Positions 1-13,872 of a stretch of DNA of 64,000 bases are shown piece by piece (position 1 is the stretch's first letter; each line of letters starts with the position of its first letter). The notes beneath the pieces were generated by a model, which searched no databases, was not told where the DNA came from, and was given only the letters and a program-made list of their open reading frames with translations. The position numbers were made by a program, and so were the translations under genes. Source of the DNA: Eledone cirrhosa (Eukaryota); the NCBI GenBank assembly GCA_964016885.1, contig OZ024750.1, forward strand, positions 2,046,001-2,110,000, in the 5' to 3' direction.

Positions 1-497
1 AATGGAAGCAAGCATTAATTTCTGAGATAGAGATGGAAAATTCTTGGTACTTTACTTAATATATGTTGTGTAAAATATTTTCCAAATGCAGGTGAATTTT
101 TTTACACCACAGTGCAAATGATAAATAAAATATCCCGGTGTACAAGTAAGTAAATTGAAAACAGTACTAATAACTTTTTTCCTCAAGTCAAACAAGTAAT
201 AACTAAAAAAAAAAACTGTTTGGAAATTAATAAAGAAAACATCAAGAAGAAAGAACCGAGTGTTCATTAAATAGTTTACCTGAAAGTATTTGACATACTT
301 ACAGTGTTATATGTGGAAAGTTACTTAAGAATATCTTGGCAAACCATGAAATAATTCTTCAGAAATGTTTTTTATGAATGACCAGACTTGTTGAATGTAT
401 ACTTCTTAGCCAATAAAATATTACAATAAAATATTATAGTATAGTATCATTCTTTTTTATTTTTCTTCCTTTCATTTCCTTTTTTTTTTTGTTCACT

Positions 498-936
498 TTA
501 ACCCTTTAGTATTTACATTATTTTATATCTACTATAGAGCGGTGGATTGGCAGTATCGGTAGAGGGTCAGACGCCATGCTTTGATGCATAGAGTTACAGT
601 CCTTGCCATTCTAAGTTCAAATCCCGCCGAGGTTAACTTTGCCTTTCATCCTTAAGGAGTCGATAAAATAAAGTACCAGTAATGTACTGGGTAATTTCTG
701 GCCTTGTTGTGCCAAAAGTAGAAACAATTATTTTATATATACTATTGTTTTTTTCACAGTAAAGGCTTTATCTCACATAATTATCTCAGATAATATTGAA
801 TCTATGAGATTTGGATATTATATATTTTGAGAACAATAACTTAACATCAGTATAAGCAGCTGCTTATGGCCAGTTTGACCAGAAAGAGGTGAGAGAATTC
901 CGGCTGATATGGCCGGTTTAAATGCTAAAGGGTTAA
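498..936. mobile_element. piggyBac-like MITE containing a SINE insertion
   Basis: TTAA|CCCTTTAGTATTTA...TAAATGCTAAAGGG|TTAA termini. Confidence 0.8.
537..730 (+). mobile_element. tRNA-derived SINE (family A), inserted in a piggyBac-like MITE
   Basis: A box TGGCAGTATCGG, B box GTTCAAATCC, core GCCTTTCATCCTT..GTCGATAAAATAAAGTACCAG; 19-bp TSD at 517-535 and 727-745 (1 mismatch). Confidence 0.9.
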
Positions 937-1011
937 TAGTGTGTTTTGTTTTGTGTATAATAAAATAACTTAATTTTGCCAAAAGTATAGAATCATTCCT
1001 GAATGGATACA

Positions 1012-1219
1012 TTAACCCTTTAGCATTTAAACTGGCCATATCTGACCAGAATTTTCTCACCTCTTTCTGTTCAAACCAGCCATAACTGGCCCCTCATACT
1101 AATGTTAAAGTATTGTTTTCAAAATTAATAATATCAAAATCTCATAGATTCCATATTATGTGAAATAATTATGTGAAATAAACCCTTTACAGCAAAAAAC
1201 CTTAATGTGTAGAGCTTAA
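1012..1219. mobile_element. piggyBac-like MITE, inverted relative to the 498-936 copy, right end degenerate
   Basis: TTAACCCTTTAGCATTTAAA start; body matches the family. Confidence 0.72.
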
Positions 1220-1890
1220 CTCTTAACATCCTGTAATAATGAAGCTGAAAATATCTAAAAATAAGTTAATTGTTAATTCAAATGGTTATAGTATATTTAC
1301 TAGTGAACAGAACTTTGTGAAAATTTACTGTATTAGAGTAAATATTTTTTAATGAGATGCAGTTATGGTATGGTTTGCTAATATGATTTCATGTGCTGCA
1401 AGGTGTTAAAAATTAATGGTTTACAACCATTTGTGGTGTCATAAACTATGTGGAATGGATGTTATTAAAATAAACCCTCTATTTAGATTCATTAATGTTG
1501 TATTCTATGAAATCAGTTATCATTTTGCAGACAAAATGTCAAAGTCAGAAATTATTTTCAAATAAGAATTATCTTTACTGGACATTAGCCAAAATAATGT
1601 GTAAAATTACATGGGAACAATTTTGAGTTTTTGCCAAAACGAAGAAGTTTCTTGAAAAATTTACACATCATCTTCTCCAATGGCCAATTTTCTAATTATT
1701 GTTTTCATTCATGTATCCAAAGACAATGAACTCTGTCCAAGGCTTAAAAAAAAGGAAGATAAGCACAATTAATAGAAAATATGAAGTTTTTGAAGTGAAT
1801 ATATTACTGGTACGTAAGAAGGGAATTCCATCAGAGGATATTTACAGAATCCTTGGCTCTAGTTTTAAGAAGGGAAACGGTGTAAATAAT

Positions 1891-2075
1891 TGTTTCTACT
1901 TTAGGCACAAGGCCAGCAATTACCCAGTGCATTATTGGTACTTTATCTTATCGACCCCGTAAGGATGAAAGGCAAAGTCAACCTCGGTGGGATTTGAACT
2001 CAGATCGTAAAGGGACGTAACTATGCTGGAAAGCATGGCGTCCGACCCTCTACCGATACTGCCAATCCACCGCCC
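1891..2075 (-). mobile_element. tRNA-derived SINE (family A), full length
   Basis: Same consensus; perfect 17-bp TSD GAAACGGTGTAAATAAT at 1874-1890 and 2076-2092. Confidence 0.93.
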
Positions 2076-2144
2076 GAAACGGTGTAAATAATGAATAATA
2101 GAATGACAATATTCAAATGAAAAATCACTACAGTCATCTGATTC

Positions 2145-2820
2145 TTAACCCTTTACCATTTCTCTCACATCTTTCTGTTCAAACCGGCTGCAATCGGCCA
2201 CTTGTTCTTAAAATAAATAATATCAAAATCTCATAGGTTCCATATTATGTGAGGTAAAGCCTTTACCGTGAAAATACATTAGTATATATAGAGTAATGTA
2301 AATGTTATGTGAGATATTATGTGAGGTAAAGTCTTTACCATGAAAATACAATAGTATATATAGAGTAATGTAAATGTTATGTGAGATATTATGTGAGGTA
2401 AAGCCTTTACTGTGAAAATACATTAGTATATATAGAGTAATGTGAATGTTATGAGAGATATTATGTGAGGTAAAGCCTTTACCGTGAAAATACATTAGTA
2501 TATATAGAGTAATGTGAATGTTATGTGAGATATTATGTGAGGTAAAGCCTTTACCGTGAAAATACATTAGTATATATAGAGTAATGTGAATGTTATGTGA
2601 GATATTATGTGAGGTAAAGCCTTTACCGTGAAAATACATTAGTATATATAGAGTAATGTAAATGTTATGTGAGATATTATGTGAGGTAAAGCCTTTACCG
2701 TGAAAATACATTAGTATATATAGAGTAATGTGAATGTTATGTGAGATATTATGTGAGGTAAAGCCTTTACCGTGAAAATACATTAGTATATATAGAGTAA
2801 TGTAAATGTTAAAGGGTTAA
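2145..2820. mobile_element. piggyBac-like MITE with an internal 72-bp tandem expansion (~8 copies, 2242-2810)
   Basis: TTAACCCTTTA...TAAAGGGTTAA termini; the 72-bp unit is subterminal MITE sequence. Confidence 0.82.
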
Positions 2821-3094
2821 GATGAGATTCAGTTATTGTAGAAATGAAGAGCAGATATAATATAATACATTGGAACACAGACTACATCCCTGCTCATGAC
2901 TATTGGAGCAGTGGTGTCTACCTGCAGGTGTGAACCTCACCAGGGGGAGTGGCTGTTCCAGTGTGTCTCCCTTGCTGTCCCCTGGGGCAAGGTATTCTCC
3001 ATCTTGTTTGCCAGGACCAAAAAGTGGAGAGTAAGATAGTTGGGGGGGTGGGGGGTGGAGGATATTTGTTCAGACATCACACATATACATATAT

Positions 3095-5585
3095 ACCCAC
3101 ACAGTCTGAGCTGGATGTTTTTTTGTCGTGACACATACACGACTACTTTACAGTGTGGACTGGGAGCTTTTTGTTGTGACACCTAGATGACCACTTTACA
3201 GTGTGGACTGGGAGCTTTTTGTTGTGACACCTACATGACCACTTTACAGTGTGGACTGGGAGCTTTTTGTTGTGACACCTAGATGACCACTTTACAGTGT
3301 GGACTGGGAGCTTTTTGTTGTGACACCTAGATGACCACTTTACAGTGTGGACTGGGAGCTTTTTGTTGTGACACCTACATGACCACTTTACAGTGTGGAC
3401 TGGGAGCTTTTTGTTGTGACACCTAGATGACCACTTTACAGTGTGGACTGGGTGCTTTTTGTTGTGACACCTACATGACTACTTTACAGTGTGGACTAGG
3501 AGCTTTTTGTTGTGACACCTACATGACCACTTTACAGTGTGGACTGGGTGCTTTTTGTTGTGACACCTACATGACTACTTTACAGTGTGGACTGGGAGCT
3601 TTTTGTTGTGACACCTACATGACTACTTTACAGTGTGGACTGGGAGCTTTTTGTTGTGACACCTAGATGACCACTTTACAGTGTGGACTGGGTGCTTTTT
3701 GTTGTGACACCTACATGACTACTTTACAGTGTGGACTGGGAGCTTTTTGTTGTGACACCTACATGACCACTTTACAGTGTGGACTGGGAGCTTTTTGTTG
3801 TGACACCTAGATGACCACTTTACAGTGTGGACTGGGAGCTTTTTGTTGTGACACCTAGATGACCACTTTACAGTGTGGACTGGGAGCTTTTTGTTGTGAC
3901 ACCTACATGACTACTTTACAGTGTGGACTGGGAGCTTTTTGTTGTGACACCTACATGACTACTTTACAGTGTGGACTGGGAGCTTTTTGTTGTGACACCT
4001 AGATGACCACTTTACAGTGTGGACTGGGTGCTTTTTGTTGTGACACCTACATGACTACTTTACAGTGTGGACTGGGAGCTTTTTGTTGTGACACCTACAT
4101 GACCACTTTACAGTGTGGACTGGGAGCTTTTTGTTGTGACACCTAGATGACCACTTTACAGTGTGGACTGGGAGCTTTTTGTTGTGACACCTAGATGACC
4201 ACTTTACAGTGTGGACTGGGAGCTTTTTGTTGTGACACCTACATGACCACTTTACAGTGTGGACTGGGAGCTTTTTGTTGTGACACCTAGATGACCACTT
4301 TACAGTGTGGACTGGGAGCTTTTTGTTGTGACACCTAGATGACCACTTTACAGTGTGGACTGGGAGCTTTTTGTTGTGACACCTACATGACCACTTTACA
4401 GTGTGGACTGGGAGCTTTTTGTTGTGACACCTAGATGACCACTTTACAGTGTGGACTGGGTGCTTTTTGTTGTGACACCTACATGACTACTTTACAGTGT
4501 GGACTGGGAGCTTTTTGTTGTGACACCTACATGACCACTTTACAGTGTGGACTGGGTGCTTTTTGTTGTGACACCTACATGACTACTTTACAGTGTGGAC
4601 TGGGAGCTTTTTGTTGTGACACCTACATGACTACTTTACAGTGTGGACTGGGAGCTTTTTGTTGTGACACCTAGATGACCACTTTACAGTGTGGACTGGG
4701 TGCTTTTTGTTGTGACACCTACATGACTACTTTACAGTGTGGACTGGGAGCTTTTTGTTGTGACACCTACATGACCACTTTACAGTGTGGACTGGGTGCT
4801 TTTTGTTGTGACACCTACATGACCACTTTACAGTGTGGACTGGGTGCTTTTTGTTGTGACACCTACATGACTACTTTACAGTGTGGACTGGGAGCTTTTT
4901 GTTGTGACACCTAGATGACCACTTTACAGTGTGGACTGGGTGCTTTTTGTTGTGACACCTACATGACTACTTTACAGTGTGGACTGGGAGCTTTTTGTTG
5001 TGACACCTACATGACCACTTTACAGTGTGGACTGGGTGCTTTTTGTTGTGACACCTACATGACTACTTTACAGTGTGGACTGGGAGCTTTTTGTTGTGAC
5101 ACCTACATGACTACTTTACAGTGTGGACTGGGAGCTTTTTGTTGTGACACCTACATGACTACTTTACAGTGTGGACTGGGAGCTTTTTGTTGTGACACCT
5201 ACATGACCACTTTACAGTGTGGACTGGGAGCTTTTTGTTGTGACACCTACATGACTACTTTACAGTGTGGACTGGGAGCTTTTTGTTGTGACACCTAGAT
5301 GACCACTTTACAGTGTGGACTGGGAGCTTTTTGTTGTGACACCTAGATGACCACTTTACAGTGTGGACTGGGTGCTTTTTGTTGTGACACCTACATGACC
5401 ACTTTACAGTGTGGACTGGGAGCTTTTTGTTGTGACACCTACATGACCACTTTACAGTGTGGACTTGGTGCTTTTTGTTGTGACACCTAGATGACCACTT
5501 TACAGTGTGGACTGGGTGCTATTTGTTGTGACATCAACACAAGTATTTTTCAGGGTGGGCTGGGTGCTATTTGTCATGATATCAA
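3095..5585. repeat. 48-bp minisatellite, ~50 highly homogeneous copies
   Basis: Unit ATGAC(C/T)ACTTTACAGTGTGGACTGGG(A/T)GCTTTTTGTTGTGACACCTA(C/G); degenerate edge units. Confidence 0.97.
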
Positions 5586-6244
5586 CATAGCAGTTAATTA
5601 ATTAATCAGTCTATTAATGTTCTTTTGAATGTAGTTTAGTGTGCCATAGATTGACGGAAGTATGTTATCTATATAATATTTGGGAGACTCAGCAGCTACT
5701 TGAAAAGCAACATCCTTCCTTAACTCTAAACAATTATATAAAGTACATCATATAAACTTGCTAAGATTATAAAAATAATAATGTTGGCAATGAAAAATAG
5801 AGAGATGACCCTATTTTTAAGGTTTTTATATCACATGTAACACAACTCTTATAGATGAAACAGACACAAGGTAAACATTTATGACAGAGACTCTCATTAA
5901 AACATATTAACTTATAACTTTACACATGCAATACATAAATAAGATGCTTGAAATCTAATGAATACGATAGTTGAATCACATTACAAGTAGCAGTGACAGC
6001 AACAGTTCATTTGCAACATATTTCATGCTACTACATAACATCACTTAGAAAAACATATTTCAGGGATATACACGACGGTGGCAGAAAACGTCATATATAT
6101 GACGTCATTTATATATATATATATATATATATATGACGTCATTTATGTATATTATAGAGTTAAACAAGATTCAATGAGTACATCAAAGAATGAGTTTTAC
6201 AGTAGATTGGAAGCACTCTACAGAAACATTTTCCAGAGTTATTA

Positions 6245-6712
<468 letters not shown>

Positions 6713-6722
6713 ATATATATAG

Positions 6723-6898
6723 ACAAGGATGGGCTCAAAACTTCATAGGCTGACTGTGAAATCTTGCATGCATTAATTTCAACTCTTATTAATAACTGTA
6801 TTGTATCTTTCTAGGGACTATGTTGAAAAATAAACCTCATTTGGTCATTCCATGAGAGTATCTTGATCAGCCTATGAACTTTTCAGCTGACCCTCGTA
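6723..6898. mobile_element. mariner-like MITE family M1; a partial copy lies at 6965-7050
   Basis: TIR similar to TACGAGGGTCGGCTGAAAAGTTCATAGGCTGAC, TA ends. Confidence 0.75.
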
Positions 6899-7172
6899 TA
6901 TCTATCTTTCTATATATATAGAGAGAGAGACGTAAAATGGTGATGATGATGATATATATATACATATGAGGGTGGGCTGAAAAGTTCATAGGCTGACTAT
7001 GAAGGAGTGATGTTAGAGCTGTGAAATCTTGCATACATTAATTTCAAATCTTCTGGGTGACAGATAAATCTATTGGAACACAGACTACATCATGAAAGTT
7101 TTAAACTGGTAAAGTCTGTCACATGTCACGAAAGTGTTAAACTGGGTGACAGATGAAATCTACCATCCAAAT

Positions 7173-7346
7173 TACCATATTTCCCAGCACCGAAGATGCT
7201 TCCTCCTTGAGGATGGACCCTAATTTTGACAACCAAAAATTTGAAAAATTATTAACAAACAACCTTTTGGCCTCCAGGACATATGGTAGATTTTTGAGAC
7301 TTAATTTAGGAAAAAAGTAGCATCTTTGATGCTGGGAAATATGGTA
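7173..7346. mobile_element. Tc1/mariner/pogo-type MITE family M2
   Basis: TIR TACCATATTTCCCAGCA...TGCTGGGAAATATGGTA. Confidence 0.78.
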
Positions 7347-7499
7347 GGTTTACTACATTTATAGGTTTAGGAACTTTATCCTCATCATTGTTTTTATGCC
7401 CTGCCTTTTCATGTTGACATACATTGACCCTATAATTCAATGAAGTTGTAGCTATGGAGAAGGGAGTTCACAAGTATCAAGTACTTTGAAGTGATGTAA

Positions 7500-8270
7500 A
7501 GATTACCATGATTATTCAATATGGTTTCATCAAATAAAAATCTGCTTCATTCAAATATTGTTGAGAATTTGCGCTATACACTTCTTTGTTTTGTTAGTAC
7601 TATATACATACCAACCAAGTGGGTACTGTTATATAATACTATCTAAAATCTTTGAAATATGGGAATAAAACCAGTCATACTTAAATAACCGTATGTTGTT
7701 AAAAAAAATAGTATTTGGTGAAATGCCAACTTGATCGATTATTGTGAAGAAAACATCTTGAATAGTCTGGTTAAGGATAGTTTTAATATCTAGTAATGGA
7801 TAAATATCAAGAATGTACACACAGTTGTTGAATAATCAATAACTATACATGCTGAACAATGCCTTGAAGTCACCAAGAAGAATGAGATTTTTCTGTGATC
7901 TCTGAGTTTAAAAGACTCTTTTCTGAGTCATATATTTTCAATCAGTTAATGGGAGAGAGTTGAAGTGGTGTGATTTGATTTAAATAGATTTGATATTTGT
8001 TTCAGTAATGTCAGGGAAGATTAGTACAAATGTCTATATATGGAAAGAACTGCATTGCTTATCAAATAATGGTGCTGAACAAATACTAACTAGATTCACA
8101 TTCACTGACTACTGTCCAGAAAGAAGAGCCATACTAATAAATACATTAGTATTTGAATAGTTAGTTACAAGAAATTGAATTAAGTGTGTCTTAATACAAT
8201 GTTTGAGTAAAATATTTGCATAACTATAACTATAACAGATCGTTTAAATATTAAGCTTTATTCCTGCCAT
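7500..8270 (-). pseudogene. Possible highly degenerate Penelope-like RT/thumb remnant
   Basis: Minus-strand fragments resembling H.IQF, FPYIDI and YLN..SHH in the order seen in PLE RT C-termini; many stops. Confidence 0.3.
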
Positions 8271-8290
8271 ATTCCTGCTGAATGCAAGAA

Positions 8291-8435
8291 AGTTCCCCAG
8301 AAAGTTAACAAGGACTTAAGGTTCTCCACTGAAGTTAACAAGGACTAAAGTTCTCCACTGAAGTTAACAAGGACTAAAGTTCTCCACTGAAGTTAACAAG
8401 GACTAAAGTTCTCCACCAAAGTTAACAAGGACTTA
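8291..8435. repeat. 29-bp tandem repeat, ~5 copies
   Basis: GTTCTCCACTGAAGTTAACAAGGACTAAA at 8321, 8350, 8379, 8408. Confidence 0.9.
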
Positions 8436-8617
8436 CCAGAACTAATATCAATAACAACTTACTGTAAAGATTTGAATTATTAAAGAACACCAACCAGTGG
8501 TGAAGTCATACTTCTCTTTTTTCAAATATATCTTACTTTCCTAAAGAATTTCCTTCATTTTCCACAATATATATTTCCAACCCATGCTAGCTTGGAAGAT
8601 GGACGTTAAACGACGAC

Positions 8618-8650
<33 letters not shown>

Positions 8651-8753
8651 TGTATATAAAGGATGATCTGTGGCTATAGTCCTTTCAGTATTTGAAAACA
8701 GAAACACCTGATTAAGGTTAATGATTTCGATATTCAGTTTGAATTTCTTTTGT

Positions 8754-8861
<108 letters not shown>

Positions 8862-9124
8862 CTCTCTCACACACACACACTTCCACACTCAAACATGTGA
8901 GCAAGTGCTCACACACATACCTATTTAGAAGAACGTATGCCACATATGTAAAGGTGTATGATAGTGCAATATATCAAGACATGTATTGTGTGTGAAAGGT
9001 TAAAAAAATATTTAACATTTAGTATCAATTACAGATACTAAAACACTTGAAACAGGCCTTGCTTCTACAATTCAAAACTATTTATCTTAAAATGTTTATA
9101 TTTTTCTAAAAACATTCCATCATA

Positions 9125-9455
9125 TTTTTATGTAAGAACCTTTGTTAAGTTATTTTCGAAACTCCAAATAAATAGAGGTTAAGTTAGTAGTTGGATTACT
9201 AAACCATTCTAAATTACTGATTATTACATAATTCACTGCATCACAATTTTATACAAGAACCTTTGTTAAGTTATGTTCCAAACTCCAAATAAATAAAGTT
9301 TAAGTTATATTACTAAATCTCTTTAAATTACTGACTATTACAAAATGCATTTTATTATAATTTCATGTAAGTACCTTTGTTAAGTTATGTTCCAAACAGA
9401 TTAACAATCGGAAAGTTAGTTATATTACTAAATCCCTCTGAATTGTTGATTATTT
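9125..9455. repeat. Degenerate ~115-120-bp tandem repeat, 3 copies
   Basis: AAG.ACCTTTGTTAAGTTAT at about 9134, 9255, 9369. Confidence 0.75.
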
Positions 9456-10256
9456 TCAAAAGGATTTGAAAATCAGGCAGTATCTTCCATAAGAAATATG
9501 GGAATAGAAGAGTTAATCCATTGGATATAGACTATAAATTTGTATGAAAGATTGAGCTGGGTGAAGGACTAAACATTAAGACCAACTGTTAATATGTGTA
9601 GGAGATACAATTGCAGGGGTTTGGAGGAAAAGGGCAGAGGTGGTAACACAAGATCACCACGCTAAAGCAGATAAAAGAAGACATAAGATGAAATAATTTG
9701 GTAAGATCTAAGATCTGAAAACGCCTGTCAGATATTATATCAGAGAATCAAGATGATTGGCAATATGCCATGTTTATGACCTGTCTAACTGTAGCTTACA
9801 ACAAACACAATAGAAAACAAACAAAAAAGACACTTTACAGAATCAAATAGGCTTTCAAGTGTGTGTGTGTGTGTGTGTATTGTGTACATGTGTATGTGTG
9901 TGTGTGTGTATTGTGTACACAGACACACATACACATGTGTATGTCTGTGTATTGTGTATTTTTACATGTTTAGCAAGAGTGAGAGAGGGCAAGAGAGAGA
10001 GACAACAAACGAAGAGAGAGAGAGCAAGAGAGAGAGAGAGAGAATCAACAAAGAGAGAGAGAGAGCAAAAGAGAGAAAAAGAGAGAAGGAAAGGGAGGGA
10101 GTATTAGTTTTTTGCTGGAAGAAAATCTGAATTATTCATATATTATAGAAAGAAGATTTGTTAGAGAAGTTCATCAATTGCATCAAGATTTATGTAAGAC
10201 AGGAAACAGAAATTTAAGTGCTTTAATCTTGACAACAAACTGCGCACATCAGTCTT

Positions 10257-10694
<438 letters not shown>

Positions 10695-10695
<1 letters not shown>

Positions 10696-11355
10696 TTCTT
10701 AATTTGCCACAAGGGTGCACAAGAAAAGGGGACAATACAAAGACACATACAGTCGTGTAAAATATTATTAAAACAAACAAATTTAACAAATGAAATCCCC
10801 AATAGGGGAGGAGGCGTTACAAATGGGTTGTTTAATACCCCGTAGATAGAACAACTCTCAACTCCAGGAGCGTGTTGTGTAAGTGCTCCTTTCTTCCTTT
10901 TGCTCTCTTCTTCAACCTACAGGCTTATATACAGAGAAGGCCCAATCCCTCGGGCCATTTTTGCTACATTCACCCACCTTTCAGTAGACAGATAGAAAGA
11001 TAGATAGGTTTCTTTATTTGCTACAAGGGAACAACACATATACAGATAGATATATAGATAGATAGATTTCTTTATTTAAATAAATAAAGAGATAGATAGA
11101 TATCTTTCTTTATTTGCCACAGGGGCGACAAAAATGGGACATTACAAGACGGCGGGGGTTTTACATAAAAATAACTTTAACATTAATAAATAACAATAAA
11201 CTATATATAATGAAATAACAATTTAAATCCCCAATAGGGGGAACGTTACTGCAGGGTTGTTTTACACCCCATGGATAGAACAATCCTCAACACCAGGAAC
11301 ACGTTTTGTAGGTGTTCCTGTCTTCCCTCTGTTTATCTTCCTCAACCTAGACGGG
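10695..11355 (-). mobile_element. Cluster of 5'-truncated retroelement 3' ends embedded in (GATA)n
   Basis: ~230-250-bp homologous blocks at 10695-10920 and 11105-11350 plus stubs near 11010 and 11067, all ending GCAAATAAAGAAA then (TCTA)n on the minus strand. Confidence 0.5.
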
Positions 11356-11749
11356 AAGATAGATAAACAGACAGATGATAGATAGATATCTTTCATGGAA
11401 GATAAACGTTAAACAATGATGATGATAGATAGATATTGATATATCTAGCTTCTAACAGGCTTGGATTTTATCAAGTAGTGAAAGCAATTTGCATGTGACA
11501 AATTAAAACCTGACTGAAAATTTGTGAGATTAATCGTACAGCGACCATTAAAGTTAATTATAAGAACTGATCATGCTTCTCTATAGCTAGCTGTGTTAGT
11601 GAGCATCTGTTTCAGCAAGCTTTCTTTATGTTGGATTAAAGTCAGGAGTACAATTGTGTACTTATACATCAGAGAATATATTATATACACTTTCAATGTG
11701 AAAATACCATTAAGTTGTTGTCACACTAGAAAAGTGATTTAGTTCAAAT

Positions 11750-12140
11750 GTTAGTCAATTGATTTGCTATATCTTTTAACACCATACAGCTAGAAATCAA
11801 TTTTTATGTCATTAAAGATACCAGATACTTACAATGTTACAATGTCTGATGGTTCAAATATCAAATCCAACCCAATCTAATCCAGGGCCTTCTCGCTCTT
11901 GTTGGAGGTTCAACTCCCTGGTTAGTCAATTGATTTGCTATATCATTTTAACACCATACAGGTAGAAATTGATTTTTATGTCATTAAAGACAAAGACTAT
12001 TTACAATATATGATGGTTCAAATATCCACTCAACTCCAACCCAGGGACTTCTCATTCCTGTGGGAGGAACCCCTCCATGGTGGACCTCCTATCCAGGGTC
12101 TTCTCATTCCTGTGGGAGGAACCCCCCCATGGTGGACCTA
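11750..12140. repeat. 171-bp direct duplication followed by a ~51-bp duplication
   Basis: GTTAGTCAATTGATTTGCTATATC at 11750 and 11921; CCAGGG.CTTCTCATTCCTGTGGGAGGAACCC twice. Confidence 0.8.
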
Positions 12141-12486
12141 TACTGCTTTCTGTTTGGTTTTGGTCATATCAGGGGTGTAACCGTACCCACCATATTTGGC
12201 CAATTGTGAGGCTATTTAACCCACAGTGGGGGTAAATGGCTGTTGACTCTGTGGAGTTCATCCACTCCACCACTTTTAAGCCTTGCTGTATGATTGAGAA
12301 GTTTGCTTTACAAAGTCTATCTTACTGCATGGCACTTTATGCTAGTGTCTTCCTTGATAGTCTTGGGTCAACCAGTGATCTGTGAGTCAATTTGTTAAAT
12401 GGAAACTGTAAGGAAGACAGTAGTATGTACATGTGTGAGTGTGTGTGAGTATGTGTGTGTGTGTGTGTGTTTGTCCATATGTGTGG

Positions 12487-12655
12487 GAAAGTCAATTAAG
12501 TCGACCTCACTGTGTGACTGGTACTTCATTTTATTGACCCCGTAAGGATGAAAGGCAAAGTTAATCTCGGCAGGATTTGAACCCAGAACGTAAAGGGACA
12601 TAACTGCATGCTGCATGGTGTCTGATGTTCTACCGATACTGTCAATCCACTGCCC
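12487..12655 (-). mobile_element. tRNA-derived SINE (family A)
   Basis: A box, B box and core on the minus strand. Confidence 0.85.
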
Positions 12656-13104
12656 TAAAGCTACTACTACTACTAATAAAAAGGTATGGTCACTATAATT
12701 GTCACATGTGAGCAATAAAAAAGGAGTGGGAATCTCTCAGCGTAACAAGTTTAAAACATGTTTGATATTAGATGCTCCAATATATTTCTTTTAGTCCTCA
12801 CGTATGTCAGTTCTAGTTCTAGACAATAGACTGAAGTGAAGAGTGAGATCTGACAGGCTGACTTGCCCTGAATATGTTACATGAAATCAACTATTTAGTG
12901 GTGACCTATGAAGGGTTATGGGACATTATCAATGTTCAGAACACATTTTAAAGGTTTGTGAATTACATCATATCTCAGAATGAAAACAGCAACCTAGAGC
13001 TGCATTGCACAACAACCATAGACATCTCATCATGCACAGTATCTTCTAAAATAATTGGGAAAAATTTAATACTGAACCCTTTCATTACTATATTTCCATA
13101 GAAT

Positions 13105-13306
13105 TATGAGGGCCGACTGAAAGGTTTGTAGGCTGATAATGAAGGAGTAATGCTAGAGCTGTGAAATCTTACATACATTAATTTCAACTCTTCTTATTAA
13201 TAACTGCATTGTTTCTTTCCAGGGACTATGTTGAAAAATAAACCTCATTTGGTCATTCCATGAGAGTATCTTGGTCAGACTATGAACTTTTCAGTCGACC
13301 CTCGTA
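13105..13306. mobile_element. mariner-like MITE family M1, full length
   Basis: TATGAGGGCCGACTGAAAG...CTTTTCAGTCGACCCTCGTA. Confidence 0.8.
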
Positions 13307-13872
13307 TACTGCTTATATTTTTTAAATAGTCAAGAAAGTGGAAATATTTAAACTGAAATTTTGTATTTTAATAAACGTCTCATAATTCTTGATTATTTTG
13401 ATAATTAAAACACTGAGGCATTATTATTATTCTTTTTGCTATCCCATAACTCTTGTGGGAGTTGTAGTCTTGCCGTATTGACATACAGCGTTTCTAAAGC
13501 ATCTTTAAACCTGGCAGAACCCATCTCCCACTCTCTAGCTCTGAATACAGGAGATTTCTTCCAGAGAAGAAGGAGAGAGAGTGAGAGAATGGAAGTGAGA
13601 AAGAGATATAGAGGAAGAATCAACCCCAATACTTGACTGGTACTCTTTTTATCCACCTCGAATGGATGAAAGACAAAGTTGACCTCGGCAGGATTTGTTG
13701 ACTCAGTGAGCAGAGAGCTGAAAAAAAACACCACAAAGCATTCAATCCGACTTTCTAATGACTACAGACAGTATATGGTAACAAAAGTGTTAATACATTC
13801 ACAGCTCTTATCGTATTGAAGAATTGATAATATTAATGACCTGAACTCCAATATAACATGGTTCAATGTAAA

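Noticed and set aside
537-630. tRNA gene
   Set aside because: A and B boxes are present but the spacing is long, no cloverleaf is evident, and it continues into a dispersed SINE body with TSDs
2223-2783. 186-aa ORF with a 24-aa repeat
   Set aside because: By-product of the 72-bp tandem repeat inside a MITE
3095-5585. Regular array as a CRISPR, or MTTLQCGLGAFCCDTY repeats as a Cys-rich protein
   Set aside because: No unique spacers and the context is eukaryotic; the frame is broken by a TAC/TAG variant and the unit derives from a TE UTR
6100-6141. Two perfect CRE palindromes TGACGTCA
   Set aside because: They flank a (TA)n expansion and look like a local duplication in TE debris
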